Assembly (NCBI GenBank): GCA_963850305.1
Contig: CAWKKR010000007.1
Coordinates: 128,001-192,000, forward strand
Reading direction: 5' to 3'
Length of the DNA: 64,000 bases
Source: an uncultured delta proteobacterium
Lineage (GTDB): Bacteria > Myxococcota_A > Polyangia > Polyangiales > Polyangiaceae
The notes beneath the pieces are model-generated. The model did not search any database, was not told the origin of the DNA, and saw only the letters and a program-made list of their open reading frames with translations. Numbering within the stretch: the first letter of the stretch is position 1; the number at the start of each line of letters is the position of its first letter. The position numbers were made by a program, and so were the translations under genes. Positions 10,722-20,536 of the stretch are shown in pieces.

Positions 10722-11042
10722 ACCCCGGTCCGCGAGGCTTCCAATCGACCTTCGTTCACGTGCGTAGTCGCCGTATCCCCGGCGACCGAGTTCGCGGATT
10801 CGGCCGCGACCTATTCTCAACTGTTTCTCGGCAGCGCTATCAGAGACGTTCTCGTGCTGCCCAGCCCTGGTGTCGCGCCCGAACGGTTACGAGGACTACC
10901 TTACCGCCGGACGGCTCAGCGGTTCTTTAGGCCGCGAGAGCGATTGCGTTGTCGTTCGCAAATAACGTGCCGGTTTTAACGTGGACCGGAGCCACTGCAC
11001 GCAGATTGACCTTCAGTCCCCACGTCGAAGCCGATCGGCCCC
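10700..11042 (-). ncRNA. ssrA: tmRNA
   Basis: 5' end GGGGCCGATCGGCTTCGAC; 3' end GGACCGGGGTTCAATTCCCCGCGGCTCCACCA; Ala acceptor stem with G3:U; tag ANDNAIALAA then TAA. Confidence 0.97.
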
Positions 11043-11057
11043 TGATTGGGTTCGGGG

Positions 11058-11066
11058 AACATAACA
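11058..11066 (-). promoter_or_regulatory. Extended -10 promoter of ssrA
   Basis: TG-T-TATGTT, 15 nt upstream of the mature 5' end. Confidence 0.55.
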
Positions 11067-11108
11067 CCGTTCCTCGAACATGACAGAGCGGATCCCGAGT
11101 TTGCCGGG

Positions 11109-12233
11109 TCACCCGTCAGCGCGGCGCCGTCGGGCCAGGCCGAGCAAGCCGAGTAAGCCGAGCAGCGCCGCACCGTTCGAGTGCGCGTGGCCCACGCCGA
11201 TCTCGCAGCCCCCGCTGTCTTTGCTGGCACTCTTCGATGTCGCTGATGGCGTCGCGGAGAGATCATTGCCGCCGCCCGCGGAGCCGGTACTCGTGCCTCC
11301 TGTCGGTGTGACGCCCTCCGGCGCTCCGGCGCCGCCCGAGAACGTGCCCGACGCGTCGCTGAGCGTCCCATTGCCGTATGTGTAGCCGAGGTTCGAATAC
11401 GGTGGCACGCACACCAGCTGAACCGGCGGTGTGACCACCGATCCGCAATCGCTGGCGAAGCCACCATCCGGCAGCATGCGCGCGGCGCAGCCGCCTATGC
11501 CCGTCGTGGCGCTGGGATCTTGCTCGCAGAGCCAGCCGGTCGGGCACTGGCTCGTCGCGGTGCACGGCGTATTCGTCGCCTGGCAATGCGACGTTTGCGA
11601 CGTGCAAGTGCAGCTCGGCGGCAAAGGCGCCATTGCGTCGGCCGAACCCCCGGGTGCTGGCGGTGGCGTCGTGTTGCCGGATCCGGAGGGAGCCGGAGGT
11701 GAGCTCGACGGCGAGTCGCCGCCCGCTGACGGTGCTGGTCCCGCGTCGATGGCCGAGCCCCCGGCGCAGGCGCACTCATCCGGTACGCACGTGAAGCCGT
11801 CGCCGCACGCCGCGTCGTTCGTGCAGGGCAGCACGTACTTCGGCACGCACGCGCTCACCGTCTTCGACGTGCAAGTTTCAGCCGGTGTCGCGCAGTTCGA
11901 GTCCGGCGGGCAAGAGGGTTGGTTCGAGACCGGGCAGGCCGTCTCCGTTTGCGAGTAGCAGACCATGCCGTCCGCGCAGTCGCTGTCCGTCGTGCACGGC
12001 GAAGGCACGCACCCCATGATGTCCTGTTCGACGATGCAATCCGGTTGCGCGCACGGTTCTCCGGGCGGACACGCGGGCGCGGCGCATCCGCCGGAGCTTC
12101 CGACGACCTGGCACGTGTAGCTCTTTGGACAATCCGAGTCCGCCGAGCAATCGGCGGCGCGAGCCGCGGTCGAAACGAGAATCAGGGCGCCTGAAGCGAG
12201 CAGCGAGAATCCGGAAATGAAGGGGGCTCTCAT
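11109..12233 (-). CDS. Cys-rich cell-surface protein with MYXO-CTERM sorting signal
   Basis: Signal peptide, repeated CxxDxDC modules, C-terminal GGC...AALLGLLGLLGLARRRR; GGAGA RBS. Confidence 0.85.
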   Translation of the reverse strand: MRAPFISGFSLLASGALILVSTAARAADCSADSDCPKSYTCQVVGSSGGCAAPACPPGEPCAQPDCIVEQDIMGCVPSPCTTDSDCADGMVCYSQTETACPVSNQPSCPPDSNCATPAETCTSKTVSACVPKYVLPCTNDAACGDGFTCVPDECACAGGSAIDAGPAPSAGGDSPSSSPPAPSGSGNTTPPPAPGGSADAMAPLPPSCTCTSQTSHCQATNTPCTATSQCPTGWLCEQDPSATTGIGGCAARMLPDGGFASDCGSVVTPPVQLVCVPPYSNLGYTYGNGTLSDASGTFSGGAGAPEGVTPTGGTSTGSAGGGNDLSATPSATSKSASKDSGGCEIGVGHAHSNGAALLGLLGLLGLARRRRADG

Positions 12234-12288
12234 GATGTTTTCTCCCGGCCGCCTGCGGTTCGGGAAAGAGCGGCCTACGGTTCCCAAG

Positions 12289-12304
12289 AGCACGGCTCGT
12301 GCCA
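12289..12304 (-). promoter_or_regulatory. Sigma54 (-24/-12) promoter of the MYXO-CTERM gene
   Basis: TGGCAC-GAGCC-GTGCT (GG-N10-GC), ~55 nt upstream of the ATG. Confidence 0.6.
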
Positions 12305-12473
12305 TCCGTATTCGGCTTTAATCAACTGTTTAGCGGCGCCTCGGGCTGTGCCAGCGTGTGCCATTCGCCGGCTTTTCGCAATCCCCCGGATCTCGGCGCC
12401 AGGTTCGGCGGCGCGTCGGGCTTGCCACGCGACGCTTCGCGTCCGAAACCTGACGGCACCCAGAAGGAGAGGG

Positions 12474-13391
12474 ATGCAAATGAAGCGGATACTCGTTTCG
12501 GGGGCCACGGGGTTCATCGGGGGCCGGCTCGTCGGCGCGCTTCTCACGCGCGGCGACGCGGTCACGGCCTTCACACGCGGTGCTTCGGGTGAGCGACGCA
12601 CGCCCGACGGCGTGGTCCGCTTCGAGCACTGGGATCCGCGTGGCGTCGAGCCGCTCGCGCTGCCCGAAGCCGACGCCATCGTGCACCTCGCCGGGGAGCC
12701 CGCGATCGGCTCGTACTGGACCGCGGCTCGCATGCACGAAATCGAAGCGAGTCGCGTCGAGAGCACCGAGCGTCTCGTCGCGGCGATCGAACGCGCCGCA
12801 TCTCGTCCCGCGGTGCTCGTGTGCTCGTCCGGCGTCGGTTACTACGGCGCTCGCGACGGCGAACCGCTCGACGAGTCCACGCCGCCGGGTCGTGACTTTC
12901 TCGCTCATGTGACGATCGGATGGGAGCGTGCCGCGGCCCGCGCGGAGTCGTTCGGGGTGCGCGTCGTTTGCACGCGGTTCGGCGTCGTCTTCGGAAAGGG
13001 CGGCGGCGCGCTCACGGAGATGGTGAAGCCGTTCAAGCTCTTCGTCGGTGGTCCGATCGGCTCCGGCAAACAGATCGTCTCGTGGATCCACCTCGACGAC
13101 GCCGTCGGCGCGTTGCTCCTCGCCCTCGACGACGAACGCCTGCGCGGCCCCGTGAACGTCACGTCACCGAACGCGGTCACGAATCGTGAGCTCGCGACGG
13201 CCATCGGACGAGCACTCGGCCGTCCTTCGGCGCTCCCCGTTCCCGCAGTCGCGCTTCGGCTCCGCTTCGGCGAAGGCGCCGACCCGCTCGTCACTGGCCA
13301 GCGCGGCATCCCGCGCGCGCTCACCGAAGCCGGCTATGCCTTCCGTTACCCGACTGTCGGAGGCGCGCTCGATCAAGTCCTGAAAGCGTGA
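12474..13391 (+). CDS. TIGR01777/YfcH-family NAD-dependent epimerase-like protein
   Basis: SGATGFIG, HLAGEP, SSGVGYYG, GGPIGSGKQIVSWIHLDD, GPVNVTSPN. Confidence 0.92.
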   Translation: MQMKRILVSGATGFIGGRLVGALLTRGDAVTAFTRGASGERRTPDGVVRFEHWDPRGVEPLALPEADAIVHLAGEPAIGSYWTAARMHEIEASRVESTERLVAAIERAASRPAVLVCSSGVGYYGARDGEPLDESTPPGRDFLAHVTIGWERAAARAESFGVRVVCTRFGVVFGKGGGALTEMVKPFKLFVGGPIGSGKQIVSWIHLDDAVGALLLALDDERLRGPVNVTSPNAVTNRELATAIGRALGRPSALPVPAVALRLRFGEGADPLVTGQRGIPRALTEAGYAFRYPTVGGALDQVLKA

Positions 13392-13403
13392 GCGCCGCTC
13401 GAG

Positions 13404-13551
13404 GCTGCCCCCCATCGTCCGCCGCAACGGCGGCCGGTTCCCCCCAAATCGCGCCGCCAGGCGCCGCTCAGGGGGGAACCCCGCTAACCCCGCTTCCCCG
13501 ACGGCCCCGATTGGAAGTCGGGCCGGATTAGGTGACGGAGGACGCCGCAGC
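13404..13551. other. Multi-hairpin intergenic element between convergent genes
   Basis: GGTTCCCCCC/GGGGGGAACC inverted repeat (13436-13480), plus hairpins at 13419-13433, 13451-13464 and 13503-13524. Confidence 0.45.
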
Positions 13552-15096
13552 TCACGGCGTTCGCGCGTCGGAGAGGACTGCGGAGCACGGCAGAGTACGC
13601 GGCGTGCCGATGGGCTCGCGGGTCCACCAGGCGCCGGTGCGTCGTCGCTGCTCGGGCGTCGTGAAGTGGTATTGAAAGAACTCCACGCGCGCGGCGTCCG
13701 GCGAAGCGGGGAGGGGACCGACGAACAGCGACGCGACCGACGAAGGATCGGTGCACAGCTTTTCGAGCAGCGTGCCGACGTATTCGGGGACGCTTCTTTC
13801 GTACCCGAGCCCGTAAAACCACAAAAGAAAATCGACCCGCGGTTGATGCGGCGCCACGAACGGCGGCGCGCGCTCCGGATCCCCCGGCTTGTAGTGGAGA
13901 TCGTGCTCCGTCCACTTTTCGCCTTCGAGCGTCTCGAACGTGGGCTCGATGCGCTCGCGCGTGATCTGCGCGAACAGGTGATACGTGTTCACCAGGCGCA
14001 GGCTGTAAATGTCCTCCATGATGCTCGTTGCGATCGCGCTCCGCGGGGCGGCGGGAAAGAATGTCTGAACCGCCTCTTCGTACGACACCGCGACGTAGAC
14101 GGACGTGATGACGACAGCGAACGTGAGGCGCGCGATCCGCAGAGGCGTCGCGGTTTTCTCGGTCACCGCCCGGCGCACGAGTTGGGCGAACGGTCGCGCG
14201 GCACGGCGCTTCGCGAGCCGGAACCTGGCGCGCGCGCGTCGTGTTCGGCGCAGCAGCGGCGCAAAGGGACGCGCGAGACGCTTCACGTCCTTCCCGTCGA
14301 GCAACGTCATCCCGAGAACGAGCGCGAGGTAACTGAAGAAGCCGTAGTTGGCCGTCGCGATGTTCAGAAGCTGGAAGCCCGTGAACACGACTACGGCGAT
14401 GAGCCGTCCCGGGCGCGGCAAGAAGATCAAGAACGGCACGCCGAGCTCGAAGACGAGAGTCGCGTGGCTCTCGAGCGCGTGCCACGCCGCCGGAAGATGG
14501 TGTGCGTACCACGCGATCCACGTCGGGATCGGCGCGGTCTCGTAGTAGTAGGCCATCGCGCTGCCGTCCTTCCAGTCCCCGAGCGGCGACCCGAGCTTCG
14601 CGAGGCCGGACTCGAAGTAGAGCTTGAACAGCGCGACACGCAGAAGAAACCAGACCCACCGCTGCGGCTTGCGCGCGGACAGGAGCGCGCCGAGCGCGCC
14701 GCATTCGAGCAGCAGGTTGTCCCACTGGAACCCGAGAAAGCTGCGCGCGACGACCGCATAGCCCAGATAAAGCAACGTCGTCGCGGCGAACGCGAGCCGC
14801 GGCATCACCCCGAGCAGCGCGAGTAGCGCGAACCCGATCCCCGCCGCGATACCCATGTGCAGCGCCGCGTCGCTCGCGTCGAAGCGCAACAGAGTCGGCG
14901 CGTCGAGGAACGTGATGTCCGGCCGCGCCGCGATGCGTTCCACCAGATCTTTCGCGGGTAACAGTCCGTGACTGCCGATGAGCACGTCGATCTGCACCCC
15001 GAGCGAGGCCCACGCGACGAGGAACGTGACTGCGAGCGATCGTTGAAAGAGCCGAGCCACGGGAGCTCGGTCATCTGCGGCGAGCGCGACCGTCAT
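13552..15096 (-). CDS. Lipase maturation factor (LMF) family membrane protein
   Basis: LIGSHGLLP, FLGFQWDNLLLECG, ESGLAK, YYETAPIP, TANYGFFSYL, NTYHLFA, APHQPRVDFLLWF. Confidence 0.93.
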   Translation of the reverse strand: MTVALAADDRAPVARLFQRSLAVTFLVAWASLGVQIDVLIGSHGLLPAKDLVERIAARPDITFLDAPTLLRFDASDAALHMGIAAGIGFALLALLGVMPRLAFAATTLLYLGYAVVARSFLGFQWDNLLLECGALGALLSARKPQRWVWFLLRVALFKLYFESGLAKLGSPLGDWKDGSAMAYYYETAPIPTWIAWYAHHLPAAWHALESHATLVFELGVPFLIFLPRPGRLIAVVVFTGFQLLNIATANYGFFSYLALVLGMTLLDGKDVKRLARPFAPLLRRTRRARARFRLAKRRAARPFAQLVRRAVTEKTATPLRIARLTFAVVITSVYVAVSYEEAVQTFFPAAPRSAIATSIMEDIYSLRLVNTYHLFAQITRERIEPTFETLEGEKWTEHDLHYKPGDPERAPPFVAPHQPRVDFLLWFYGLGYERSVPEYVGTLLEKLCTDPSSVASLFVGPLPASPDAARVEFFQYHFTTPEQRRRTGAWWTREPIGTPRTLPCSAVLSDARTP

Positions 15097-16427
15097 GGTT
15101 TCAGCGAGAGATCGCGCGACCCTTCGGGCTCATGTTCCGCGACCGCCGCCAGTGCGATGGCGCGCCGCGACGCCCAGGCGCCCGTGATCAGCCGCGCGCC
15201 GCGCTTGTAGGTGAAGTAATTCCAGGCCCAGGTGAAGAGCACGATGAACCGATTCCGGAATCCGATCAGATACCAGATATGGACAAACAGCCATGCGAGC
15301 CACGCAATGAGGCCGTGAAGCCGCAGTTTTCCCATCTCGGCCACCGCGCGCGACCGCCCGATCGTCGCCATGCTGCCCTTGTCGACGTACTCGAACTTCT
15401 CGGACGCACTCGGTCCGCCCGAGCGCGCCCTGATGAGCCGCGCGACGAACCGCCCTTGCTGCATCGCGACGGGGCTCACGCCGGGGATAGGATGGTCCGA
15501 GCCTTCAGGGACGAAGCGCGCCGCGTCCCCGATCACGAACGCTTCCGGGTGCCCCGGAATCGAGCAATCCGCGTTCACCTTCACCCGGCCTGCTCGGTCG
15601 AGCTCGACCCCGAGCGTCCCTGTCAGACTCTTCGCCTTGACGCCCGCGGTCCACAGCACCGTCGTCGCTTGCAATCGCTCCCCGTCGATATCTACTCCGT
15701 GCTCGTCGATCCCGGTGACGCGCGTTCCGAGCCGCACCTCGACGCCGATGCGCTCGAGCTCGCTCTTCGCGTTCTCGGAGAGGTGCGGCGCGAAGCCGCC
15801 CGAGAGCAGCCGGTCCCCCATCTCCACCAGGACGACGCGCGGCCGCTCGTTCCGGATGCGCCGGAAATCGTCGGCGAGCACGAACTTGCCGAGCTCGGTG
15901 AGCGCCCCTGCGACCTCGACCCCGGTCGGCCCTCCGCCGATGACGACGAACGTCAGGAGCCGCCGGCGCGCCTCGGGGTCGTCCTCGCGTTCCGCGGCCT
16001 CGAACGCGAGCAGCACGCGACGGCGCACCTCGATAGCGTCGTCGACCGTCTTCATCCCGAGCGCCCACTTCGCCCACTCGTCCTTGCCGAAGTAGTTCGT
16101 CTTCGCCCCGATCGCGACGATCAGGAAGTCGTACGCGACGCTCTTTCCGTCTTCGAGCACGACACGACGGTCCGCGAGCTCGACGCGCGTCACGTCGGCC
16201 AGGAGCACCTGCACGCGCTCGTGTTCCTTCAGCACCGACCGGATCGGCACTGCGATATCGGCCGGACTAAGCCCGGCCATCGCGACCTGATAGAGGAGTG
16301 GCTGAAACAGGTGATAGTTCGCGCGATCGATCAGCGTGATCTGCGCGTTCGTGCGGCGGAACGACTGCGCCGCCGTGAGGCCGCCGAACCCGCCGCCGAT
16401 GATCACCACCCGTGGCGCCGGCTTCAC
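15093..16427 (-). CDS. ndh: Type II NADH dehydrogenase
   Basis: GGGFGG, HLFQPLLYQVA, GGGPTGVE, AMQQG, YVDKGSMATIGR; GTG start overlaps the upstream TGA. Confidence 0.93.
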   Translation of the reverse strand: MKPAPRVVIIGGGFGGLTAAQSFRRTNAQITLIDRANYHLFQPLLYQVAMAGLSPADIAVPIRSVLKEHERVQVLLADVTRVELADRRVVLEDGKSVAYDFLIVAIGAKTNYFGKDEWAKWALGMKTVDDAIEVRRRVLLAFEAAEREDDPEARRRLLTFVVIGGGPTGVEVAGALTELGKFVLADDFRRIRNERPRVVLVEMGDRLLSGGFAPHLSENAKSELERIGVEVRLGTRVTGIDEHGVDIDGERLQATTVLWTAGVKAKSLTGTLGVELDRAGRVKVNADCSIPGHPEAFVIGDAARFVPEGSDHPIPGVSPVAMQQGRFVARLIRARSGGPSASEKFEYVDKGSMATIGRSRAVAEMGKLRLHGLIAWLAWLFVHIWYLIGFRNRFIVLFTWAWNYFTYKRGARLITGAWASRRAIALAAVAEHEPEGSRDLSLKP

Positions 16428-16630
16428 GTGGGTGCTCCGAGCTCGTGTCCCTGACACACGAGCACCGGCAAGCGCGGGTACTTCGAGAATCGCGCGTCCG
16501 TCTTCGAGCGCTCGCACAGCCAGAACACGCTGCCTCTCGCCGACACGACCGCGCGCGCGTGCTGACACCGTCCGCAGAGCCCGGCTTTCCGCGACTCCTC
16601 GGCGCTCGGTCTCGGACTCTCGCTCATCAT
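16424..16630 (-). CDS. Small four-Cys protein, unknown function
   Basis: GLCGRC...FWLCERS..DARFSKYPRLPVLVC; GTGA coupling to ndh. Confidence 0.75.
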   Translation of the reverse strand: MMSESPRPSAEESRKAGLCGRCQHARAVVSARGSVFWLCERSKTDARFSKYPRLPVLVCQGHELGAPT

Positions 16631-16658
16631 CTTCCGCCGCTTCTCGGAGCGGATCTTG

Positions 16659-17438
16659 TCACTCCTGGTCGGTCTTCTGCTTCCAAAAGAATCCACGCGC
16701 CAATCGATCGTTCCGGAACGCATCGAGAGCCTCGAAGTCGAGATCGTAGACCCGCGTCGCATCGCCGACCGGCTGGAACAACTGCTCCGGGTCCACGGTC
16801 GTCGGATCCGCGAACCCTGCGACCCCGCTCGGCCCCATGCCGGCGAGCCCCGACACGTGCGCCCAGTCACTCACTCCCACATAGGCGCCGAACTCATACG
16901 CGCGCGCGACGGCGAGGTGTCCCCACAGCCGTCGCGAGTAGTCCGGCGTCGGCTTCCGAGTGACCGACAGTGCCGGCACCACGATGAGCTCCGGCAGCGT
17001 TGCCGCCCGATAGAACAGATCCGAGAACCAGAAGTCCGCGCACACGAGCACGAGCACGTGTCGCCCGCCGATCGTGAACTCCCCGAGTCCCGACCCTTCA
17101 CGAACCCGTTCGCGCTCCGCGGCATAAGGCCGCAGCTTCTCGTACGACCCAAGCACACCGCCCGACGCGTCCGCGACCACGCCCCGGTTCACGGCAAACC
17201 CATCGCGCGCCTCGTGGTGCGACCCTCCCACGACGTGACACCCCAGCCGTCGCGCAAGAGCACGAACGCCGTCTTCGTACGCCGCGCGCGACGGACGCAG
17301 ATCGAAATGTTCCGGCAGCACGACGACATCGTCCGGCTCGCGCTCGCCCGAATGCGGTTCGAGCAGCCGCGCCACCGCGCCGACGTTGTCCGCGTTCGCG
17401 TCATAAGCGAGCAAAGGTTGAACGAGCACCAGCTTCAC
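16659..17438 (-). CDS. Carbon-nitrogen hydrolase (nitrilase superfamily)
   Basis: Catalytic triad motifs VVLPE, YEK and LVCAD. Confidence 0.88.
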   Translation of the reverse strand: MKLVLVQPLLAYDANADNVGAVARLLEPHSGEREPDDVVVLPEHFDLRPSRAAYEDGVRALARRLGCHVVGGSHHEARDGFAVNRGVVADASGGVLGSYEKLRPYAAERERVREGSGLGEFTIGGRHVLVLVCADFWFSDLFYRAATLPELIVVPALSVTRKPTPDYSRRLWGHLAVARAYEFGAYVGVSDWAHVSGLAGMGPSGVAGFADPTTVDPEQLFQPVGDATRVYDLDFEALDAFRNDRLARGFFWKQKTDQE

Positions 17439-17807
17439 GGGTCTTGCCTGGACATCCTGATCACAATCCGAGGTAACCCGTCCTTGCGTGCATGTCCTCC
17501 TCTTTCCAGCTCTCCAATTTCACCATCACCGACGGCGCGGTGCCCGGACGGGACGACCCGGTCCACGTCGAGCGCCCACGACGACAGCGCCCTGACAGGT
17601 TGCGACGGCGGCACCAACGACAGCCCCGGCCTCCTGGGAGTGTCGAGCGCCAGCTCCCTGTACACGCCCCGGGCCCCTTTCGCGCCCGGCGCGGTTGCCC
17701 CATGGTGCCGGTCGAACGTCGCGCAACTCGCCGCTTCCGCATCGAGGGGTGCTTGCGCCGGTCCGGCGCCGGCGGTACGAGAACCACCAGGGGACAATTC
17801 CGGGAAG

Positions 17808-18080
17808 ATGAAGCGCACTATCCGCGTGGCAGCAAGCTTCGAAGAAGCGGACGCGCTGGATCGCGAGGACGTTGCGCGCATGAGCTTCGCGGAACGCGTG
17901 TCGGCGGTGGCAGAACTGCGGAGGAGTTGGTTCGGTGAAGATGGAGTTCGGTCGCGACTGGTCCGAGTTCTTGCGTCTTCTGATCTCGCATCGCGTAAGG
18001 TTCGTGCTTGCAACGGCGGCGCTCCCCTTCGCGTGCGCGTCCTCACCTCCACTGAAGCTCCCCGGCGACCCATGCCGTGA
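17808..18080 (+). pseudogene. Small antitoxin-like partner of a nucleotidyltransferase gene, 3' end altered
   Basis: MKRTIRVAASFEEADALDREDVARMSFAERV resembles the small ORFs that precede minimal nucleotidyltransferases; overlaps the next ORF. Confidence 0.5.
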
Positions 18081-18303
18081 GGGCGTCTGTCCCGATGGCA
18101 CGCGCTGCGAAACGTGGGAGGAGATCTCGAGAAGGGCCGGAGGCACGCGCGGTCCCCCGAAGTCCCGACCCGAATGCGTTCTCATGCCGGAGCGTTGCGT
18201 GTCGGCGACCGATTGCTCCCACAAATGGATGGAATGCAGACACGGCAACTCGGGCCCCGATGACATCGGCTTCTGCATAGAGCCGCCGATGACGATCCAA
18301 TGA
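17941..18303 (+). pseudogene. Chimera: nucleotidyltransferase N-terminus fused to a Cys-rich lipoprotein fragment
   Basis: MEFGRDWSEFLRLLISHRVRFVL breaks just before the expected VGG motif and continues as PFAC...CxxGxC. Confidence 0.5.
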
Positions 18304-18364
18304 ATGGTCGACCGTGGGCGACGTAGCCAGGACGAGCGCGGCGCGCGCGCTAGACTCTGGGCGC

Positions 18365-19016
18365 GTGGCGCGCAGGTTCATCTGGATGTCGGTGGCGGTC
18401 TGTTCGATCGCGTTCGCGGCGTGCGGCGGACGCGTTCTCGAATCGGGCGCGGGGGCGAGCGACGGGGGCGCGGGCGGTGACGGCGCGTTCGGCGGCTACG
18501 CGGGCAGTGACGACCTGCGAGCCTTGCCCGCCCACGACTTGTCCAGGGACGTTCTGCCCGCCCGGGCAATCTCCCGTGACGCCGCCCGGACAGTGCTGTC
18601 CGGTGTGCAGCGGCGTCAGCTGCGCGGCAGTGGACTGTGTGCCGGTTCCTTGCGGGCCCGGCTACGTTCCGGTCACCCCGGTGGGAGGGTGCTGTCCCGT
18701 CTGCACCGCGAGCACCGCAGACGCGTCGGTCAACCAGTGCAACAACGACGCCTACCAACAGATGGTGGACAACCTGATCGCACAAACCGGCGCGACCAAG
18801 TGCACGACTGCCGGGGATTGCACCATGGAGTCCTTGAACACCAACTGCCCGACGGCTTGCTCGACCGCCGTCAACTCCAGCATCGCGGACGAGCTACTCA
18901 AAGCCATTCAATCGAACCCGAGCTGCACCGGCTGCTATCCCCAGGACGACTACTGCCCGCCGTCGCCGTCGGCCGAATGCATCAACGGCTCGTGCGCCGC
19001 CGTCACGCCGCTATAG
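18365..19016 (+). pseudogene. Cys-rich lipoprotein (VWC-like repeats) with a frameshift near 18500-18510
   Basis: Lipobox FAAC in one frame; CPPTTC...GQCCPVC repeats in another frame. Confidence 0.65.
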
Positions 19017-19166
19017 GTTCCTCGAGCGTCCCGCGCTGCCCGACCGGGTGAGGCGAAGGCCGTCTTTTCCGGCGGCACCGAGCTTTCGGCGATCGAGTCC
19101 CTGGGCGCCCGAGCCGAGCCGCGACCTTTGCCGGCCCTCGCGTCTCGGCGCGTCGCTGACATCCTA

Positions 19167-19531
19167 GGATCTACGTGGAGGCCGTCGGGCTCGCCACATT
19201 TCCGGACGGCGCGGTGATCTGCGGTCCACTCGAACAGCACCCCCCGAGCCCCAAGGCGACGGCCCTGAACCCGACGGTCCTGCTGGAGGTCACGAGTGAT
19301 TCGTCGGAGGCGTACGACACGCGGGACAAGGTCGACTACTACACCACGATCCCGTCGCTCCGCGATTACGTCATCGTCTCGCATCGCGAGCGGCGCATCA
19401 CGGTGCACCGGAGGTCCGCGGATGGCGAGTGGGTCGCGCGGGTTGCGATCGCGCGAGGGCGTGTCCCGATCGAGAGCCTGAACGCGGAACTCTCGGTCGA
19501 CGAGATCTACGCGAAGAGTTCCGTCGTCTGA
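19167..19531 (+). pseudogene. 5'-truncated Uma2 (DUF820) endonuclease
   Basis: RIYVEAVGLATFPD..VICG, NPTVLLEVTSDSSEAYD..DKVDYY..IPSLRDYV; the N-terminal part is absent. Confidence 0.75.
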
Positions 19532-19568
19532 GGGCCGTGGAGCGGAGTTATCCTGGACGGGTACTCCG

Positions 19569-20306
19569 CTACGCGTCCCGCGGATCGATCCCCTTGGCGA
19601 GCGGGACGAGGAGTGCCTCGTAGGTGCCCGTGGGCGCCTTCACTCCCTCGTCGAGAATGTGGACCAGGAGCGCGCCGTCCTTCGACGACGCATCGACGGA
19701 AACGCGAACGGCAGTGCGCACGTCGCCCGGAGGCGGGACCGCGACTCTCTCCTTGGGCGCTGCCTGCGCCGGAGCTGCGGCGCGCTCGGGTTCGGCCGAG
19801 GGCGGCGGTGGATGGCGTTCGCTGGGCGCTGCTTGCGATGTCGTGCGCGCGGGCGCTGGCTCGGAGCGTTCACCGGGCGGCACCCAGGGTTCGAGCGGCG
19901 CATTCGGGATGTCAAGGCCCGCGCCGGCGAGCTCGGTGACCGGGCGCGATGGCGCAGCCGAGGTGCGCGATGGCACGGTCGAGATGCGCGCGGGTGGCGG
20001 CGCCGATCGGACGGCCTGGACGGGACGCTCGGCTGAAGGTGCCGACGTGGACGCGCGCTGGCTCGCGGGCGCCGGTGGTACCCGTGACGGTCGGAACTGG
20101 TCTTGCAGATCGGCAGCGGCGCGCGCGAGGGAGAGCGCGCGCATGTCGTCGCCTTGGGTCTCGGCGGCTTCCGCTGCACGCCGCACCCACCGGAGTGATT
20201 CTTGGAGATCACCGCGTCGCCAGAGCACCTGGGCCGTCTCGATGGCGACGGCGACGTCGCTCGGGTCGTTCTGGGCCACCTTCGGAAACTCGAAGCTCGT
20301 GTTCAT
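19569..20306 (-). CDS. Hypothetical protein (helical N-domain, Pro-rich linker)
   Basis: DVAVAIETAQVLWRRGDLQESLRWVRRAAEAA; AGGGA RBS-like sequence; coding-like GC3. Confidence 0.7.
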   Translation of the reverse strand: MNTSFEFPKVAQNDPSDVAVAIETAQVLWRRGDLQESLRWVRRAAEAAETQGDDMRALSLARAAADLQDQFRPSRVPPAPASQRASTSAPSAERPVQAVRSAPPPARISTVPSRTSAAPSRPVTELAGAGLDIPNAPLEPWVPPGERSEPAPARTTSQAAPSERHPPPPSAEPERAAAPAQAAPKERVAVPPPGDVRTAVRVSVDASSKDGALLVHILDEGVKAPTGTYEALLVPLAKGIDPRDA

Positions 20307-20536
20307 GTTCCGATCCCTCGTTCTCGGACGCGCGGCGAGCACATCGCCCGCCGCGGCGCCGTCACTCTTCCCGCGTCTCACGACCTCGTCCTCGGTGCAA
20401 CCTGTCCCCTGGTAAATCCCGTCCGTTCGCCGGAACAGGCGAGGCGCGCTGAAATTTTTCACCGGTACGCGGCCAGGGGACCAGCCGCCGCTCGTCCGGG
20501 CCAGCCGTGCGCTGAGTCAGGAAGACGACCGAGAGG

